From positions 1-53,414 of the IMG/VR virus record IMGVR_UViG_3300032117_002338: DNA of 53,414 bases. The stretch is one strand, 5' to 3'. Position numbers and translations under genes: made by a program. The stretch is from a virus (lineage: Duplodnaviria > Caudoviricetes). Positions 32,804 through 42,942 of this stretch are shown here, in pieces. The notes beneath the pieces were generated by a model that was not told the origin of the DNA, did not search any database, and saw only the letters and a program-made list of their open reading frames with translations. Within the stretch, counting starts at the first letter, position 1, and every line of letters starts with the position of its first letter.

Positions 32804-35129
32804 TAACGAGCAGATGGCAAGGTCAGTCGATGATGGCAGCCATATGATTGAACCCAAGAATGCCAAAGAAGCGAGCGCATCATATCACGACAGGATGTAC
32901 TGCTACCTATGGTACGAGAAGACCAACCCAGACGAATGCAAGTTTGGAGAGAGATATGTTCCGGCTGGGAAGGATCCCAGCCGTGAGGTTTGGAAACGCA
33001 TCAAGGACAGCGTGGGGGTACGCAAGGATCTCATCAAGGACGGCACCATCGTGCTGGAGCGCACCTGGGATGTCAGCGAGTATGCGAGGAAGGTCGATCG
33101 CTTCTACAGGCACGGCAAGGTTGACGATCACATACGACCACACATAGGGTTCAGGAAGAACACGACCGGCGAGATCCACGGGCTGCCAGCCGGAGAGGTG
33201 GCCGTCAAGGTCGACCGTTTCCTGGCTGCCATGGGGCAGCCACTGCCGGTGGCAGGTTTGGCGGCTTGGCAGGCACGCAGCACCGAGGACATCCTCGAGG
33301 CCATCGGCGATGGCAAGAGGACCATCGTGGCCGAGCTATGCCCGCGATTCGGCAAGACCATATGGACTGGGGCGCTGGCCAGGGAATCTGGTCGACGGCT
33401 GACCATAGTGGCCAGCTACGTGCTGACATCGTTCTCCAGCTTCGAGAACGATCTGTCGCGCTTCGACCAATTCAAGGACATGGTCCTGGTTGACATGTCA
33501 AACGGCGAGCATGCGAAGATAATAGATTCAGCGTTGGCCTCCGGCAAGCAGGTGGTGGCCTTCCTCAGCATGTGTGCGGGTGGCAAGCGCCAGCGCAAGA
33601 TAGACTACCTGTTTGGGTTGGATGCCAAGAGGTTGCTGGTGATAGATGAGGCCGACTTTGGGGCGCACAAGGCCGCACAGTCCAAGCCACTTATCTCCGC
33701 ACGCGACCCAGACGACGTCGTGGTTCTCATGACCGGTACCAACGCGGACAAGGCGATCGGAACCTGGCACGTGGATCACATGCTAAGCGTGGTGTATCCA
33801 GAGCTGCTGATGGAGAAGCGCAACAGGAGACCCGGCCATCCAACATCGCTGAGGTTCTTCAAGATTGACCCCAGCCGGCACGATCTCGTGGTGGACGTGG
33901 AGTTCTACCAGATGGATCTCCGCAGCGCCGTTGAGCTGGCCAGGGACTCCGATCCCGACATGTTCGTGAAGGACGGCATCTTCCTACCCAGCTGGAGCAA
34001 GTTCGCCGCGCATCCGGTCAAGGCCAAGGGATTCTGGACCCGCATGCTGCAGGCGGTGTTCATGGGACAGCATGGGCTTGACGAGCTCAACGTGGACTAC
34101 CAGACCAATCGCAGGGCCAAGGAAGGCCAGAGGGTGGCCATGATGTTCCTCAGCGGCAGCATGACCAACGATAACCTAACGGAGGCGGCCGCCTTGGCCC
34201 AGCAGGCCCTACCGGGTTACCACGTGGTGCCGGTGTACGGCGAGGCCATGACCAACCGCACCGCCGAGCAGAAGGTCAGGGAGGAGATAGCGCGAGCCAA
34301 GCAGCGAGGGCAGAGCGTTCTGCTGCTCAGCGCAGGCATGGCATCACGCAGCTTCAGCAGGGGTGAGATCACCGAGCTGTACCTCGCCTATGACAACGGC
34401 GACAACGGCGCCACCATGCAGAAGATAGCGCGGACCCTGACCCCGGATATGCTGGGCAAGGTCGGCCGCGTGATCAGCCTCAGCTTCGATCCCAACAGGG
34501 ATGACAAGTTTGATTCCATGCTGATCGAGACCGTCATCAACTACAAGAACAGCCGGGAGATGCGCAGCGCCAAGGACGCGCTCAGGGATGTGCTGCGCAC
34601 CGTCGATATCTTCAGATGCACCAGCGATGGTTCGGTTAAGATAGAGGCGGACACCTACCTGGAGGAGGCGCTGGCACGCAACAGCATCAGTAGGGTCATC
34701 GGAAAGGTGGCTGACATCACCAAGCTCACGCCGGCGGAGCTGCTGGCGCTCAGCGAGGGCAACATAGACAAGTTCAAGGCGGCACTGCGAGAGACCGCTG
34801 ACAAGGGCAAGACCAGGGATGGATCCGCGGTGGCCGGGGACGGCGGTACAGGTGGCGATATGCCCGACATCACCGAGGACATCATCGCTGACGTCAAGAG
34901 GATCATCGCCACCATAGTGGAGAACCTAGACATCATCGTTCTAGGCACCAACACCACCGAGATAAACGATGCCTTCGATGTGCTTGAATCCAATCATGAG
35001 ATGAGGCGTGCGGTGATCGAGGAGTTTGGTGTTGACTTCTCCATAATAAGGGATCTGTTTGACAGGGGTGTCATCAACCAGGATCTGCTGGAGCTGCAGC
35101 TGGATGTCTCCAACAAGGGAGCGGCATGA
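32796..35129 (+). CDS. SF2 (DExD-like) helicase/ATPase, restriction-subunit-like
   Basis: ELCPRFGKT Walker A-like, VIDEADFGAH, LMTGT, QKIARTLTP. Confidence 0.85.
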   Translation: MRDNEQMARSVDDGSHMIEPKNAKEASASYHDRMYCYLWYEKTNPDECKFGERYVPAGKDPSREVWKRIKDSVGVRKDLIKDGTIVLERTWDVSEYARKVDRFYRHGKVDDHIRPHIGFRKNTTGEIHGLPAGEVAVKVDRFLAAMGQPLPVAGLAAWQARSTEDILEAIGDGKRTIVAELCPRFGKTIWTGALARESGRRLTIVASYVLTSFSSFENDLSRFDQFKDMVLVDMSNGEHAKIIDSALASGKQVVAFLSMCAGGKRQRKIDYLFGLDAKRLLVIDEADFGAHKAAQSKPLISARDPDDVVVLMTGTNADKAIGTWHVDHMLSVVYPELLMEKRNRRPGHPTSLRFFKIDPSRHDLVVDVEFYQMDLRSAVELARDSDPDMFVKDGIFLPSWSKFAAHPVKAKGFWTRMLQAVFMGQHGLDELNVDYQTNRRAKEGQRVAMMFLSGSMTNDNLTEAAALAQQALPGYHVVPVYGEAMTNRTAEQKVREEIARAKQRGQSVLLLSAGMASRSFSRGEITELYLAYDNGDNGATMQKIARTLTPDMLGKVGRVISLSFDPNRDDKFDSMLIETVINYKNSREMRSAKDALRDVLRTVDIFRCTSDGSVKIEADTYLEEALARNSISRVIGKVADITKLTPAELLALSEGNIDKFKAALRETADKGKTRDGSAVAGDGGTGGDMPDITEDIIADVKRIIATIVENLDIIVLGTNTTEINDAFDVLESNHEMRRAVIEEFGVDFSIIRDLFDRGVINQDLLELQLDVSNKGAA

Positions 35130-36397
35130 TGGCCAAGAAGATCAAGGCCAAGGACAAGGCCACGCTCGCGAGGTTAAAGTTCAGGCTGGACAGATTGGTG
35201 GGAGAGATATTGGATTTGATCCCACAGGACGCCATAATACACGGCATCGTTCTGGATCCGGCCGTCGCCGGTGGCCAGTTCGTGAAGGAGATAGAGCGCA
35301 GGAAGCGTGCGGCTGGGAAATCCGATGAGGAGATACGGCAGACCGTGTTTGGCATAGAGGACAACGTGCTGCGTCGCAACTACGCGGTGTCCAAGAATGA
35401 TCTCAAGGGCACATACACTGTGGAGGATGCGATGGCCAAGGATTTCCAGGGCATGAGGTTTGATGTGATAGTGGGTAATCCACCGTTCCAAGAGACCGAC
35501 GACGATGGCAACCGCAAGAGCCTCAGCAGCAACCTGTGGAGCAAGTTCATAGATAGATGCGCCAATGAGCTGCTCGAGGAGGATGGGTACATGGGCATGA
35601 TATCCCCCGCAAGCTGGGCCGGGCCGACCAAGAACCTCAGCGGCGACAGGCACATCATGAGGGACATATTGGCCAAGAAAGACACCACCCATATCAACAT
35701 CAGCGACGATCTCAACCTTCACTTTGGTTCGGTTGGTAGCACCTTCTCATACTTCGTGCTGCGCAATCAACCCTACGGAGGCAAGACCACCGTGACGCTG
35801 GGCAGGGATATCACGGCGGAGATCGATCTGCGCGACCACAACTGCCTACCTAGGATCAAGCATCCCCTGTCGTTTGGCATCAACCAGAAATATTTCTCCA
35901 AGGTGGGAGGCAACGTGATCGATGGGCAGCTCATGGGCAGCAAGAGAGGCATACGCTACAGCGAGTTCAAGGACGAGACCTTCAGCCATCGCGTGTACCA
36001 CACGGCGGCCAAGGGAGGTAGATATTGGTACACCAACATACCCCATCCGAGGCTGAACGCCCACAAGGTCATGATAAGCATCAGCGGCATCTACAAGCCC
36101 GTGTTGGATAGGGGAGAGATCGGCTACAGCAACATGTGCCTGGCCTACATAGTCAAGGATGGAGAGACGGTGGAGAGCGCCTTCTCGGTGATCAACAGCA
36201 GGTTGTTCCATTGGGTGACGAAGGCCAACAAGTGGAGCGGATTCAACAACAAGGAGGTCATCAGGCGCTTCGCGCTGCCCAAGCTTGACCACGTCTACGA
36301 CGACGAAGAGATATTCGATCACTTTGGGCTCACGCCAGAGGAGAGGGAGTTCGTTTGCCAAACGGTGAAAACAACATCCGACGCAACAGACGGGTGA
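35126..36397 (+). CDS. N6-adenine DNA methyltransferase (Eco57I/gamma-like) with target recognition region
   Basis: LDPAVAGGQF motif I, FDVIVGNPPF motif IV. Confidence 0.9.
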   Translation: MMAKKIKAKDKATLARLKFRLDRLVGEILDLIPQDAIIHGIVLDPAVAGGQFVKEIERRKRAAGKSDEEIRQTVFGIEDNVLRRNYAVSKNDLKGTYTVEDAMAKDFQGMRFDVIVGNPPFQETDDDGNRKSLSSNLWSKFIDRCANELLEEDGYMGMISPASWAGPTKNLSGDRHIMRDILAKKDTTHINISDDLNLHFGSVGSTFSYFVLRNQPYGGKTTVTLGRDITAEIDLRDHNCLPRIKHPLSFGINQKYFSKVGGNVIDGQLMGSKRGIRYSEFKDETFSHRVYHTAAKGGRYWYTNIPHPRLNAHKVMISISGIYKPVLDRGEIGYSNMCLAYIVKDGETVESAFSVINSRLFHWVTKANKWSGFNNKEVIRRFALPKLDHVYDDEEIFDHFGLTPEEREFVCQTVKTTSDATDG

Positions 36398-36732
36398 AGG
36401 TCAACGGCGAGGTGTTCACTCCCACGCCGTTGGTGAGGGAGATACTGGATCTGTTGCCGGCTGAGCTGTTCACCGATCCCAGCAAGACCTTCCTCGACCC
36501 CAGCTGCGGCAACGGGAGATTCCTGTTAGAGATACTGCGGCGGAGATTGGCCAACGGCATGGACATGGCTGCCGCGCTCAGAACCATATACGGTGTCGAC
36601 CTGATGCAACACAACGTGGATGCCTGCAGGGATAGATTGCTGGGCGATCGCACGGATCTGCGACACATCGTGGAGAGGAACATCGTCCGTGCCGACGGCA
36701 TGGCATACGACTACACGTTCGATGCCGCATGA
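36355..36732 (+). CDS. Short methyltransferase-like protein (SAM-binding half only)
   Basis: GEVFTPTPLV, FLDPSCGNGRF, IYGVDL; no NPPY/F. Confidence 0.82.
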   Translation: MPNGENNIRRNRRVKVNGEVFTPTPLVREILDLLPAELFTDPSKTFLDPSCGNGRFLLEILRRRLANGMDMAAALRTIYGVDLMQHNVDACRDRLLGDRTDLRHIVERNIVRADGMAYDYTFDAA

Positions 36733-36785
36733 ACGCGGTTGACGATGATCCCATATCGTGTATAATAGTGGTAAGATAAGGGTTA

Positions 36786-36861
36786 GCGCTGGTAGTATAA
36801 TGGTCAATGCAACCGCCTCATAAGCGGTCCTATGGGGGTTCAAGTCCCTCCCGGCGCACCA
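36786..36861 (+). tRNA. tRNA(CAT), Met or Ile2
   Basis: ACCGC-CTCATAA-GCGGT; GCGCTGG/CCGGCGC-A-CCA. Confidence 0.92.
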
Positions 36862-36904
36862 TTCCTCGATGACCTCGTTTGGCACATCATAAATATGCTG
36901 ATAA

Positions 36905-37912
36905 ATGGGTAAATGGCCACACAAGAAGGCGGATGTGACGACCATCCAGCTTCAGATCAGCAACTTCTGCAACCTATCATGCCCCAGCTGTGCCAGGCAA
37001 TCCCGAAGGGACGGCGGTGAGAAGGTCAGCGATACCTTCCTAGACCTAGGGTTGATGCAACGCAGCTTCGTGCCAGGCGAATGGCCCAGCATGAACAGGG
37101 TGCTCATATGGGGCAGCATCGACGATCCCACCATGCATCCACAGCTGATACCGATCATCAAGCACTGGCTATCGATCAACGACACGCTTGAGATAAGGGT
37201 ATCCACCAACGGCAGCACGAGGACGGAGAACTTCTACTCCAGGTTGGGTGGGTTGAGTTTGGAGAGCAACCATCGCTTGAGGATCATGTTCGCCGTCGAC
37301 GGGTTGGAGGACACCAATCACATATACAGGGTTGGCAGCGACTGGAACAAGGTAAGGAGCAACTGGCGAGCCTACATCGCGGCGGGCGGATCAGCCATCT
37401 GGCAGTTCGTCGTGTTCCCACATAACCAGCATCAGCTTGAAAGCATCAGATCGCTGCATGTGGAGGAGGGGTTTGACAGGCTGGTGGTTCGCTACAGCGG
37501 TCGACCGCATGTGGACACGGATGTGAACGTGACCTCATTGGACGATCACCGGGAGAATGCCACGGTCATATGCAAGGCGATGAGGGGGCACGAGACCGCA
37601 CCCGATGCCACCAGATTGTCCCCCGAGCTATTCGTCAACCATCTGGGAGACGTCACGCCATGCTGCTACATAGATCCCAGCAACATCTTGGTCAGGGACA
37701 GGTACAGGAAGATATTGGACGGATTAGGCGGCGATGCCGCATGCAACCTCAAAGCGGCCAGCATGGATCGCATCATCGACGGACCTTGGTTCGATTGGCT
37801 GCATGATAACCTGCAGACCAACGGCGAATGCGTGACGCATTGCAAGCATAACCATGTGGATAGGCTGGTGAGGCAACCATGGAATCCCAAGGCGAGGCCG
37901 GCAGCCACCTGA
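36905..37912 (+). CDS. Radical SAM protein with SPASM-like C-terminus
   Basis: CNLSCPSC, STNGS, VDGLEDTNHIYR, GDVTPCC. Confidence 0.9.
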   Translation: MGKWPHKKADVTTIQLQISNFCNLSCPSCARQSRRDGGEKVSDTFLDLGLMQRSFVPGEWPSMNRVLIWGSIDDPTMHPQLIPIIKHWLSINDTLEIRVSTNGSTRTENFYSRLGGLSLESNHRLRIMFAVDGLEDTNHIYRVGSDWNKVRSNWRAYIAAGGSAIWQFVVFPHNQHQLESIRSLHVEEGFDRLVVRYSGRPHVDTDVNVTSLDDHRENATVICKAMRGHETAPDATRLSPELFVNHLGDVTPCCYIDPSNILVRDRYRKILDGLGGDAACNLKAASMDRIIDGPWFDWLHDNLQTNGECVTHCKHNHVDRLVRQPWNPKARPAAT

Positions 37913-37986
37913 TGCCATTGACATCGGTATCAGGCAATGCTACAGTTTAACATGAAAAAACGCATTCGGTGATAGGAGACGTCCAC

Positions 37987-38382
37987 ATGCAAGAGAAGCT
38001 GATGAAGGTGCGCGAATGGTCAGATGGTGATAGCCTCTGGCGCGTGGCGTGCGACTGCGGGGATCAGAACCATGATGCGAACCTTTGGTTCGAGGCCATG
38101 GATGAGGATCACGAGGACATCAGCCTCTGCCTCAGCATGGAGATCGGCATCTACAAGCACTATAACCTACTGGAGAACCTGTGGAAGCGCATCACCATAG
38201 CCGCCAAGGTCCTGTTCACCGGCTACCACACCGCCACGGGCGAGGTGGTGTTGGATGAGGCTGGAATCAAGGCCATGCAGATCGCCCTCGAGAAGGGTGT
38301 CGCACATCAGGCCAAGGTCAAGGCTGAACGCGATGCGCAGCGTGCGGCCAACAAGGCCAAGCGAGGCAATGCTGGCGCATGA
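37987..38382 (+). CDS. Hypothetical early protein
   Basis: AGGAGA RBS, promoter-like TTGACA-17-TACAGT at 37918-37946. Confidence 0.75.
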   Translation: MQEKLMKVREWSDGDSLWRVACDCGDQNHDANLWFEAMDEDHEDISLCLSMEIGIYKHYNLLENLWKRITIAAKVLFTGYHTATGEVVLDEAGIKAMQIALEKGVAHQAKVKAERDAQRAANKAKRGNAGA

Positions 38383-38397
38383 ACGTGGAGACATCGC

Positions 38398-38820
38398 ATG
38401 AGGATGATGGTTGATGTTCCATTCTCGGATCTCATGGGCAAGACCATGCGCCGCGTTGAGATGTTCGGGGATGATGAGATCGTGTTCAAGGATGTCGACG
38501 GCACGATGTACAAGCTGTACCACCAGCAGGACTGCTGCGAGACCGTGACCGTCGAGGACATATCGGGAGATCTCTCGGATCTGGTGGGCACACCCATACT
38601 GATGGCTGAGGAGATCAGCGGCTACTCTGCCTCGGAGCAATCCAGGGTCCAGCATGCGCTGATGGCCACCAAACCCAGGGACGAGGACGACGAGAGCTTC
38701 ACCTGGACGTTCTACAAGCTGGCCACCATCAAGGGTTATGTTGACATACGTTGGTATGGCGTCAGCAATGGATACTATTCGGAGAGCGTCAGCTTCTCCA
38801 AGCTCGTGGATCGGATCTAG
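38398..38820 (+). CDS. Conserved-type phage hypothetical protein (YHxQDCCE...SNGYYSE)
   Basis: 140 aa ORF, GGAGA RBS. Confidence 0.8.
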   Translation: MRMMVDVPFSDLMGKTMRRVEMFGDDEIVFKDVDGTMYKLYHQQDCCETVTVEDISGDLSDLVGTPILMAEEISGYSASEQSRVQHALMATKPRDEDDESFTWTFYKLATIKGYVDIRWYGVSNGYYSESVSFSKLVDRI

Positions 38821-38905
38821 ACAACGATCAACGAGATGGCTATACTATCCGATAGCTTGATTCGTGCAACGTGTGACACGCCATGCAAGCACAGGAGGAT
38901 ATCAG

Positions 38906-39520
38906 ATGTTTAACCTAGGATCGTACACCGGGAGATTGGTGCTGTTGCACATCGCCATCATCGCCCTATCAAACTACCTCGTCACCATACCGCTGACCCT
39001 GCTGGGCATACAGCTGACATGGGCCGCGTTCACCTTCCCACTGATCGTCGTGGCAACCGACCTCACGGTTAGGCTCAGCGACAAGTACAAGGCGCGTCGC
39101 ATCGTGGCCATCGCATACATCCCAGCCATCATCGCCAGCGTGCTGGTGGTTTGGTACACGGGGGCGCCGACCAGCGTGGCGGCACGCATCGGCATCGCCA
39201 GCGGTACGGCCTACCTGTTTAGCAACCTGCTGGACGTCTACGTGTTCCAGAAGGTGCGAGAGCGCCTCAGCCAATGGTGGGCGGCCCCGGCGCTTAGCAG
39301 CATAGCTGCCAACATCATCGACACGTTCGCGTTCTTCGCGGTGGCATTCTACGCCAGCGAGAACGTGTACATGAGGGAGAATTGGATTGGGGTGGCCGAG
39401 GGCCAGACGCTGACCAAGATCATCGTCAGCGCATTGGTCATACTACCCACATATGGCGTGCTGCTCAGCTATCTCACCAAGAGATTGGGGCAATCGCTGA
39501 CCGGCAAGGTCGCCTCGTAA
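38906..39520 (+). CDS. yhhQ: Queuosine-precursor (preQ0/preQ1) transporter, VUT family
   Basis: HIAIIALSNYLV, TWAAFTFP..ATDLTVR, ARIGIAS..AY..LLDVYVF, WWAAPALS, IDTFAFF. Confidence 0.9.
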   Translation: MFNLGSYTGRLVLLHIAIIALSNYLVTIPLTLLGIQLTWAAFTFPLIVVATDLTVRLSDKYKARRIVAIAYIPAIIASVLVVWYTGAPTSVAARIGIASGTAYLFSNLLDVYVFQKVRERLSQWWAAPALSSIAANIIDTFAFFAVAFYASENVYMRENWIGVAEGQTLTKIIVSALVILPTYGVLLSYLTKRLGQSLTGKVAS

Positions 39521-39540
39521 ACCATCATAAGGCACTCAAC

Positions 39541-39568
39541 AGAACAGGGGCGTCAAGCCCCTGTTCTC
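39541..39568. terminator. Hairpin between convergent genes
   Basis: AGAACAGGGGC-GTCAA-GCCCCTGTTCT. Confidence 0.7.
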
Positions 39569-39589
39569 ATGATCAACGCACGGATCTGA

Positions 39590-40288
39590 TCAGTCCACGA
39601 ATTTGACATCCATCGGCTGCTTCTTGAACGAGCCGAAGCTGATGGTGTGATCGGCGTGATGTATCTTGCGATTCATCTTCTCGTTCCTGTAACCCACACC
39701 CATGAGCAGAGCTGGCTTGTTCCTCATGCCCAGCACGTCGCGTATGCCATCGAGGTCGCCGCATTGGCAGCATCCCGTGGCGTAACCCAGCATGTTGCTG
39801 ATGAAGTTGACGTATCCAGCCGATATACCCATGGCCATGGTGGCATCGCGCTCGATGCTGAACACCACACCCTCATCGATCTGCCCTTGGCTCTTCTTGA
39901 AGGTCTCGGCGTTGCGCGGTGGTCCGAACTCGCCGGAGTCTATCTCGTCGAGGGATTTCCTCTCATAGATTATCAGCAGGTTGGCCAGCGTCTGTGGGTT
40001 GGTGTATGAGCGCCCGCGTGGTGGATATCCTCCCACCGGACCCATCTTCTGTGGATCCATTATGGCACCCTGTGTGAGCTCATAGATCTGCTCTATGACG
40101 CTGCGATTGGTTATGAACTGCAGGCGGTAGTAGCTGATGTTCTGCTTGCTGGGGCATTGCGTGGCCGCCTCGGCTATGAGGTCTATGTCCTCCTTGGGTA
40201 TCTCCCTGCTGAGATCCCAGTTACGCTGGCAGTGTTGGCTTCTGTGTATGGCTTTGACCACATTGGCATGTGTGAATTCGATGCTCAT
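39590..40288 (-). CDS. Nitroreductase-fold protein; paralog of 10021..10785
   Basis: SQHCQRNWDL, QCPSKQN, MGISAGY...LGYATGCC. Confidence 0.78.
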   Translation of the reverse strand: MSIEFTHANVVKAIHRSQHCQRNWDLSREIPKEDIDLIAEAATQCPSKQNISYYRLQFITNRSVIEQIYELTQGAIMDPQKMGPVGGYPPRGRSYTNPQTLANLLIIYERKSLDEIDSGEFGPPRNAETFKKSQGQIDEGVVFSIERDATMAMGISAGYVNFISNMLGYATGCCQCGDLDGIRDVLGMRNKPALLMGVGYRNEKMNRKIHHADHTISFGSFKKQPMDVKFVD

Positions 40289-40430
40289 GTCATCTCTCTC
40301 CTATGGTTGATGGATGCAAGTCATGTCCATGCATCCGAATCTATTTATGGTTGGTCAGAGTCACGGCGGTTGCTATGGCCGGCGCGGTAAAGCTATAATG
40401 ACAGCGTCATCAACAGTGGAGGTAAATCAC

Positions 40431-41039
40431 ATGGCTGAATTCAAAGACCTAATCGACCGGCGCAGGAGCGTGCGAGACTTAGATCCAAGCCACGAGATCT
40501 TGGATGAGGATCTAAACTACATCGTCGAGTCGGCGATGACCACCCCAACCAGCTTCAACATACAGAACTGGCGGTTCGTGGCCGTGCGTGATCGCGGAAT
40601 CAAGGAGAAGATCAAGAGAGCATCATGGAACCAAACGCAGGTGGCCAGCAACAGCGTCCTCATGCTGCTCTGCGCCGATATCAAGGCGTGGGACAAGGAT
40701 CCAGAGCGCTATTGGGTGGCCAACGGTGCGGAGGTCGCCGCGACCATGGCTGAGATGACTCGAGGCTTCTACAACGGCAAGCCTGACATACAGCGGGATG
40801 AGGCCATGCGCAGCATCGGCATGGCGGCCACCGCCATCATGCTGGCAGCCACCGATATAGGTTACAAGTGCAGCCCGATGGTAGGGTTCGATCCAGTCTC
40901 CGTGGCGGAGATCATCAACCTGCCGGAGGATCACGTCGTCGGCATGATGATCGCCATCGGCAAGAGCGATAGCGACCCCTATCCCAAGACCACGATACCG
41001 ATCCGAGAGGCGCTGATCTACGACTTCTTCCCGTCTTGA
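40431..41039 (+). CDS. Nitroreductase family protein
   Basis: RRRSVR, TPTSFNIQNWRF, GYKCSPMVGFD. Confidence 0.92.
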   Translation: MAEFKDLIDRRRSVRDLDPSHEILDEDLNYIVESAMTTPTSFNIQNWRFVAVRDRGIKEKIKRASWNQTQVASNSVLMLLCADIKAWDKDPERYWVANGAEVAATMAEMTRGFYNGKPDIQRDEAMRSIGMAATAIMLAATDIGYKCSPMVGFDPVSVAEIINLPEDHVVGMMIAIGKSDSDPYPKTTIPIREALIYDFFPS

Positions 41040-41098
41040 CAATGGCACGGGCAGGTGCTATCCTGCCCGTTACCAACAATGCCATAGGGGACCAAACC

Positions 41099-41551
41099 AT
41101 GTTGAAGAAACTGATCACGGCGGCGGTGTTCTCGCTATCCGCATCAATGGCCTCGGCCGCGACCATCGAGATCGACACGCAGCATCGGGTCCTGATGCTG
41201 ATGCAGGATGACGGGACCACCAAGACCTATCGCATCGCGGTGGGGCGGCCCGATGAGCAATGGACGGGTGTGAAGAAGATCACGCGCAAGGCCGAATGGC
41301 CGGAATGGCATCCCACGGCGCAGGAACGCGACGAGGATCCAACGCTGCCGTCCGTGGTGCCAGGTGGACCCGGCAACCCGCTGGGTGCCCGTGCGCTGTA
41401 CATCGGAGGCACGCTGTATCGAATCCATGGCACCACCAAACCAAAGAGCATCGGGCATGCGGCCAGCGGCGGTTGCTTCCGCATGCTGAACAGGGATGTG
41501 ATCGATCTCTATGATCGAGTGCCGGTTGGCACGACGGTCATCGTGCGATGA
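41099..41551 (+). CDS. L,D-transpeptidase (YkuD/ErfK family), signal peptide
   Basis: GPGNPLGARALY, YRIHGT, SIGHAASGGCFRM. Confidence 0.93.
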   Translation: MLKKLITAAVFSLSASMASAATIEIDTQHRVLMLMQDDGTTKTYRIAVGRPDEQWTGVKKITRKAEWPEWHPTAQERDEDPTLPSVVPGGPGNPLGARALYIGGTLYRIHGTTKPKSIGHAASGGCFRMLNRDVIDLYDRVPVGTTVIVR

Positions 41552-41646
41552 TGGTGACACGCGGGACAAGGATGGTGGTGGCTGTGGCATACGTCGCCAT
41601 CTTCATCGTGCTGGAGATCGCAGCCATCATAAAATGGGGATGAGGG

Positions 41647-42378
41647 ATGCCTAAAGATTCGCAGGCGAGGTTGATAGTGTTCAGTGGCGCTGGCCTGTCG
41701 GCCGACAGCGGCATCCCAACCTTCAGGGGCAGCGACGGCCTCTGGGAGGGGCATGACGTGGATGTGGTGGCCAACGGTTCCACATGGCGAGACAACAGGG
41801 ACATCGTCAGGACATTCTACAACGCACGCAGATCAAATCTAGCCAACGTCGAGCCAAACCCAGCACATGCCATGATCGCCGATTGGCAACGTCGATTCAA
41901 CACCGTGATCATGACCCAGAACGTGGATGATCTCCTGGAGCGTGCCGGCTGCAGGGATGTGATACATCTACATGGGGAGCTGACCAAGATGCGCTGCGTG
42001 GCATGCGGCAGGGAATGGGACGTTGGCTATGATGAGGTCAGCGAGGATCACCGCTGTCCAAAGTGCAACAGCCTCAGGGGTGTGAGGCCGAAGGTGGTGT
42101 TCTTCGACGAGATAGCACCGCAATACTCGCTCATGCATGCGGCGTTCAAACGCCTGCGCCGGGAGGATTGCGTGGTGGTCATAGGATCCAGCGGGCAGGT
42201 GATCAACATGGATGCGTTCCTGTTCGATAAACCCTGCATGAAGGTGCTCAACAACCTGGAATCGTCGAGATTCGTGGACGAGTCCATATACGACCACGTG
42301 TTCATGGGTCGCGCCAGCGAGGTTTGGCCAGATGTGGATAGGGTCGTTGGAGAGCACATGGAGATATTGACAGGATAG
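41647..42378 (+). CDS. Sir2/CobB-family NAD-dependent deacylase
   Basis: FSGAGLSADSGIPTFRG, TQNVDDL, HLHG, CxxC..CxxC. Confidence 0.93.
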   Translation: MPKDSQARLIVFSGAGLSADSGIPTFRGSDGLWEGHDVDVVANGSTWRDNRDIVRTFYNARRSNLANVEPNPAHAMIADWQRRFNTVIMTQNVDDLLERAGCRDVIHLHGELTKMRCVACGREWDVGYDEVSEDHRCPKCNSLRGVRPKVVFFDEIAPQYSLMHAAFKRLRREDCVVVIGSSGQVINMDAFLFDKPCMKVLNNLESSRFVDESIYDHVFMGRASEVWPDVDRVVGEHMEILTG

Positions 42379-42542
42379 TCATGAGATGTGCATACTTGCA
42401 CGGTAAATACCTCACCGCAGATCATGCGGTTGGATAGCTCTCATAGTATAAAAGCAGTACACGTGATTGGTAATCACGAGACGCAGGGGCGGTACCTGCT
42501 GGGAGCACCATTCCTCACCCAGAGGACGATAAATATTCTTCC

Positions 42543-42893
42543 ATGCCAAACGATAAGAAACCCAAGGTATCGGATATCATACGCTCTGTCATGGGCGATA
42601 GGATAGCACAGGATGCCAACCCTGGTAAGATGTGTAAAGACAGTCGCCAGCGAAAGAACCAAACCATAACCAGCTACCAGCTGTTGGGCTTCAAGCTCAA
42701 CGGGGTCGACGGCAGGGTACACGGATGCGATCACGATTACTACAGGGATCACTCCGGCGACATCAGGGACCTGCAACGTCGCCTCGGGGATGCGCTGCGC
42801 GATGCCGGGTATGACATAGACCACGTGGTGCTCATGCCGGTCGAGAACAACAGGCATTGGTCACTCAGCTTCACGGTAACCACCAGCATCTGA
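42543..42893 (+). CDS. Hypothetical late protein
   Basis: ATG 7 nt after TAAATA. Confidence 0.65.
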   Translation: MPNDKKPKVSDIIRSVMGDRIAQDANPGKMCKDSRQRKNQTITSYQLLGFKLNGVDGRVHGCDHDYYRDHSGDIRDLQRRLGDALRDAGYDIDHVVLMPVENNRHWSLSFTVTTSI

Positions 42894-42942
42894 CCCCATG
42901 CCTTGGACCATAAATAACCAACGATAGACACGAGGGTGTTGG

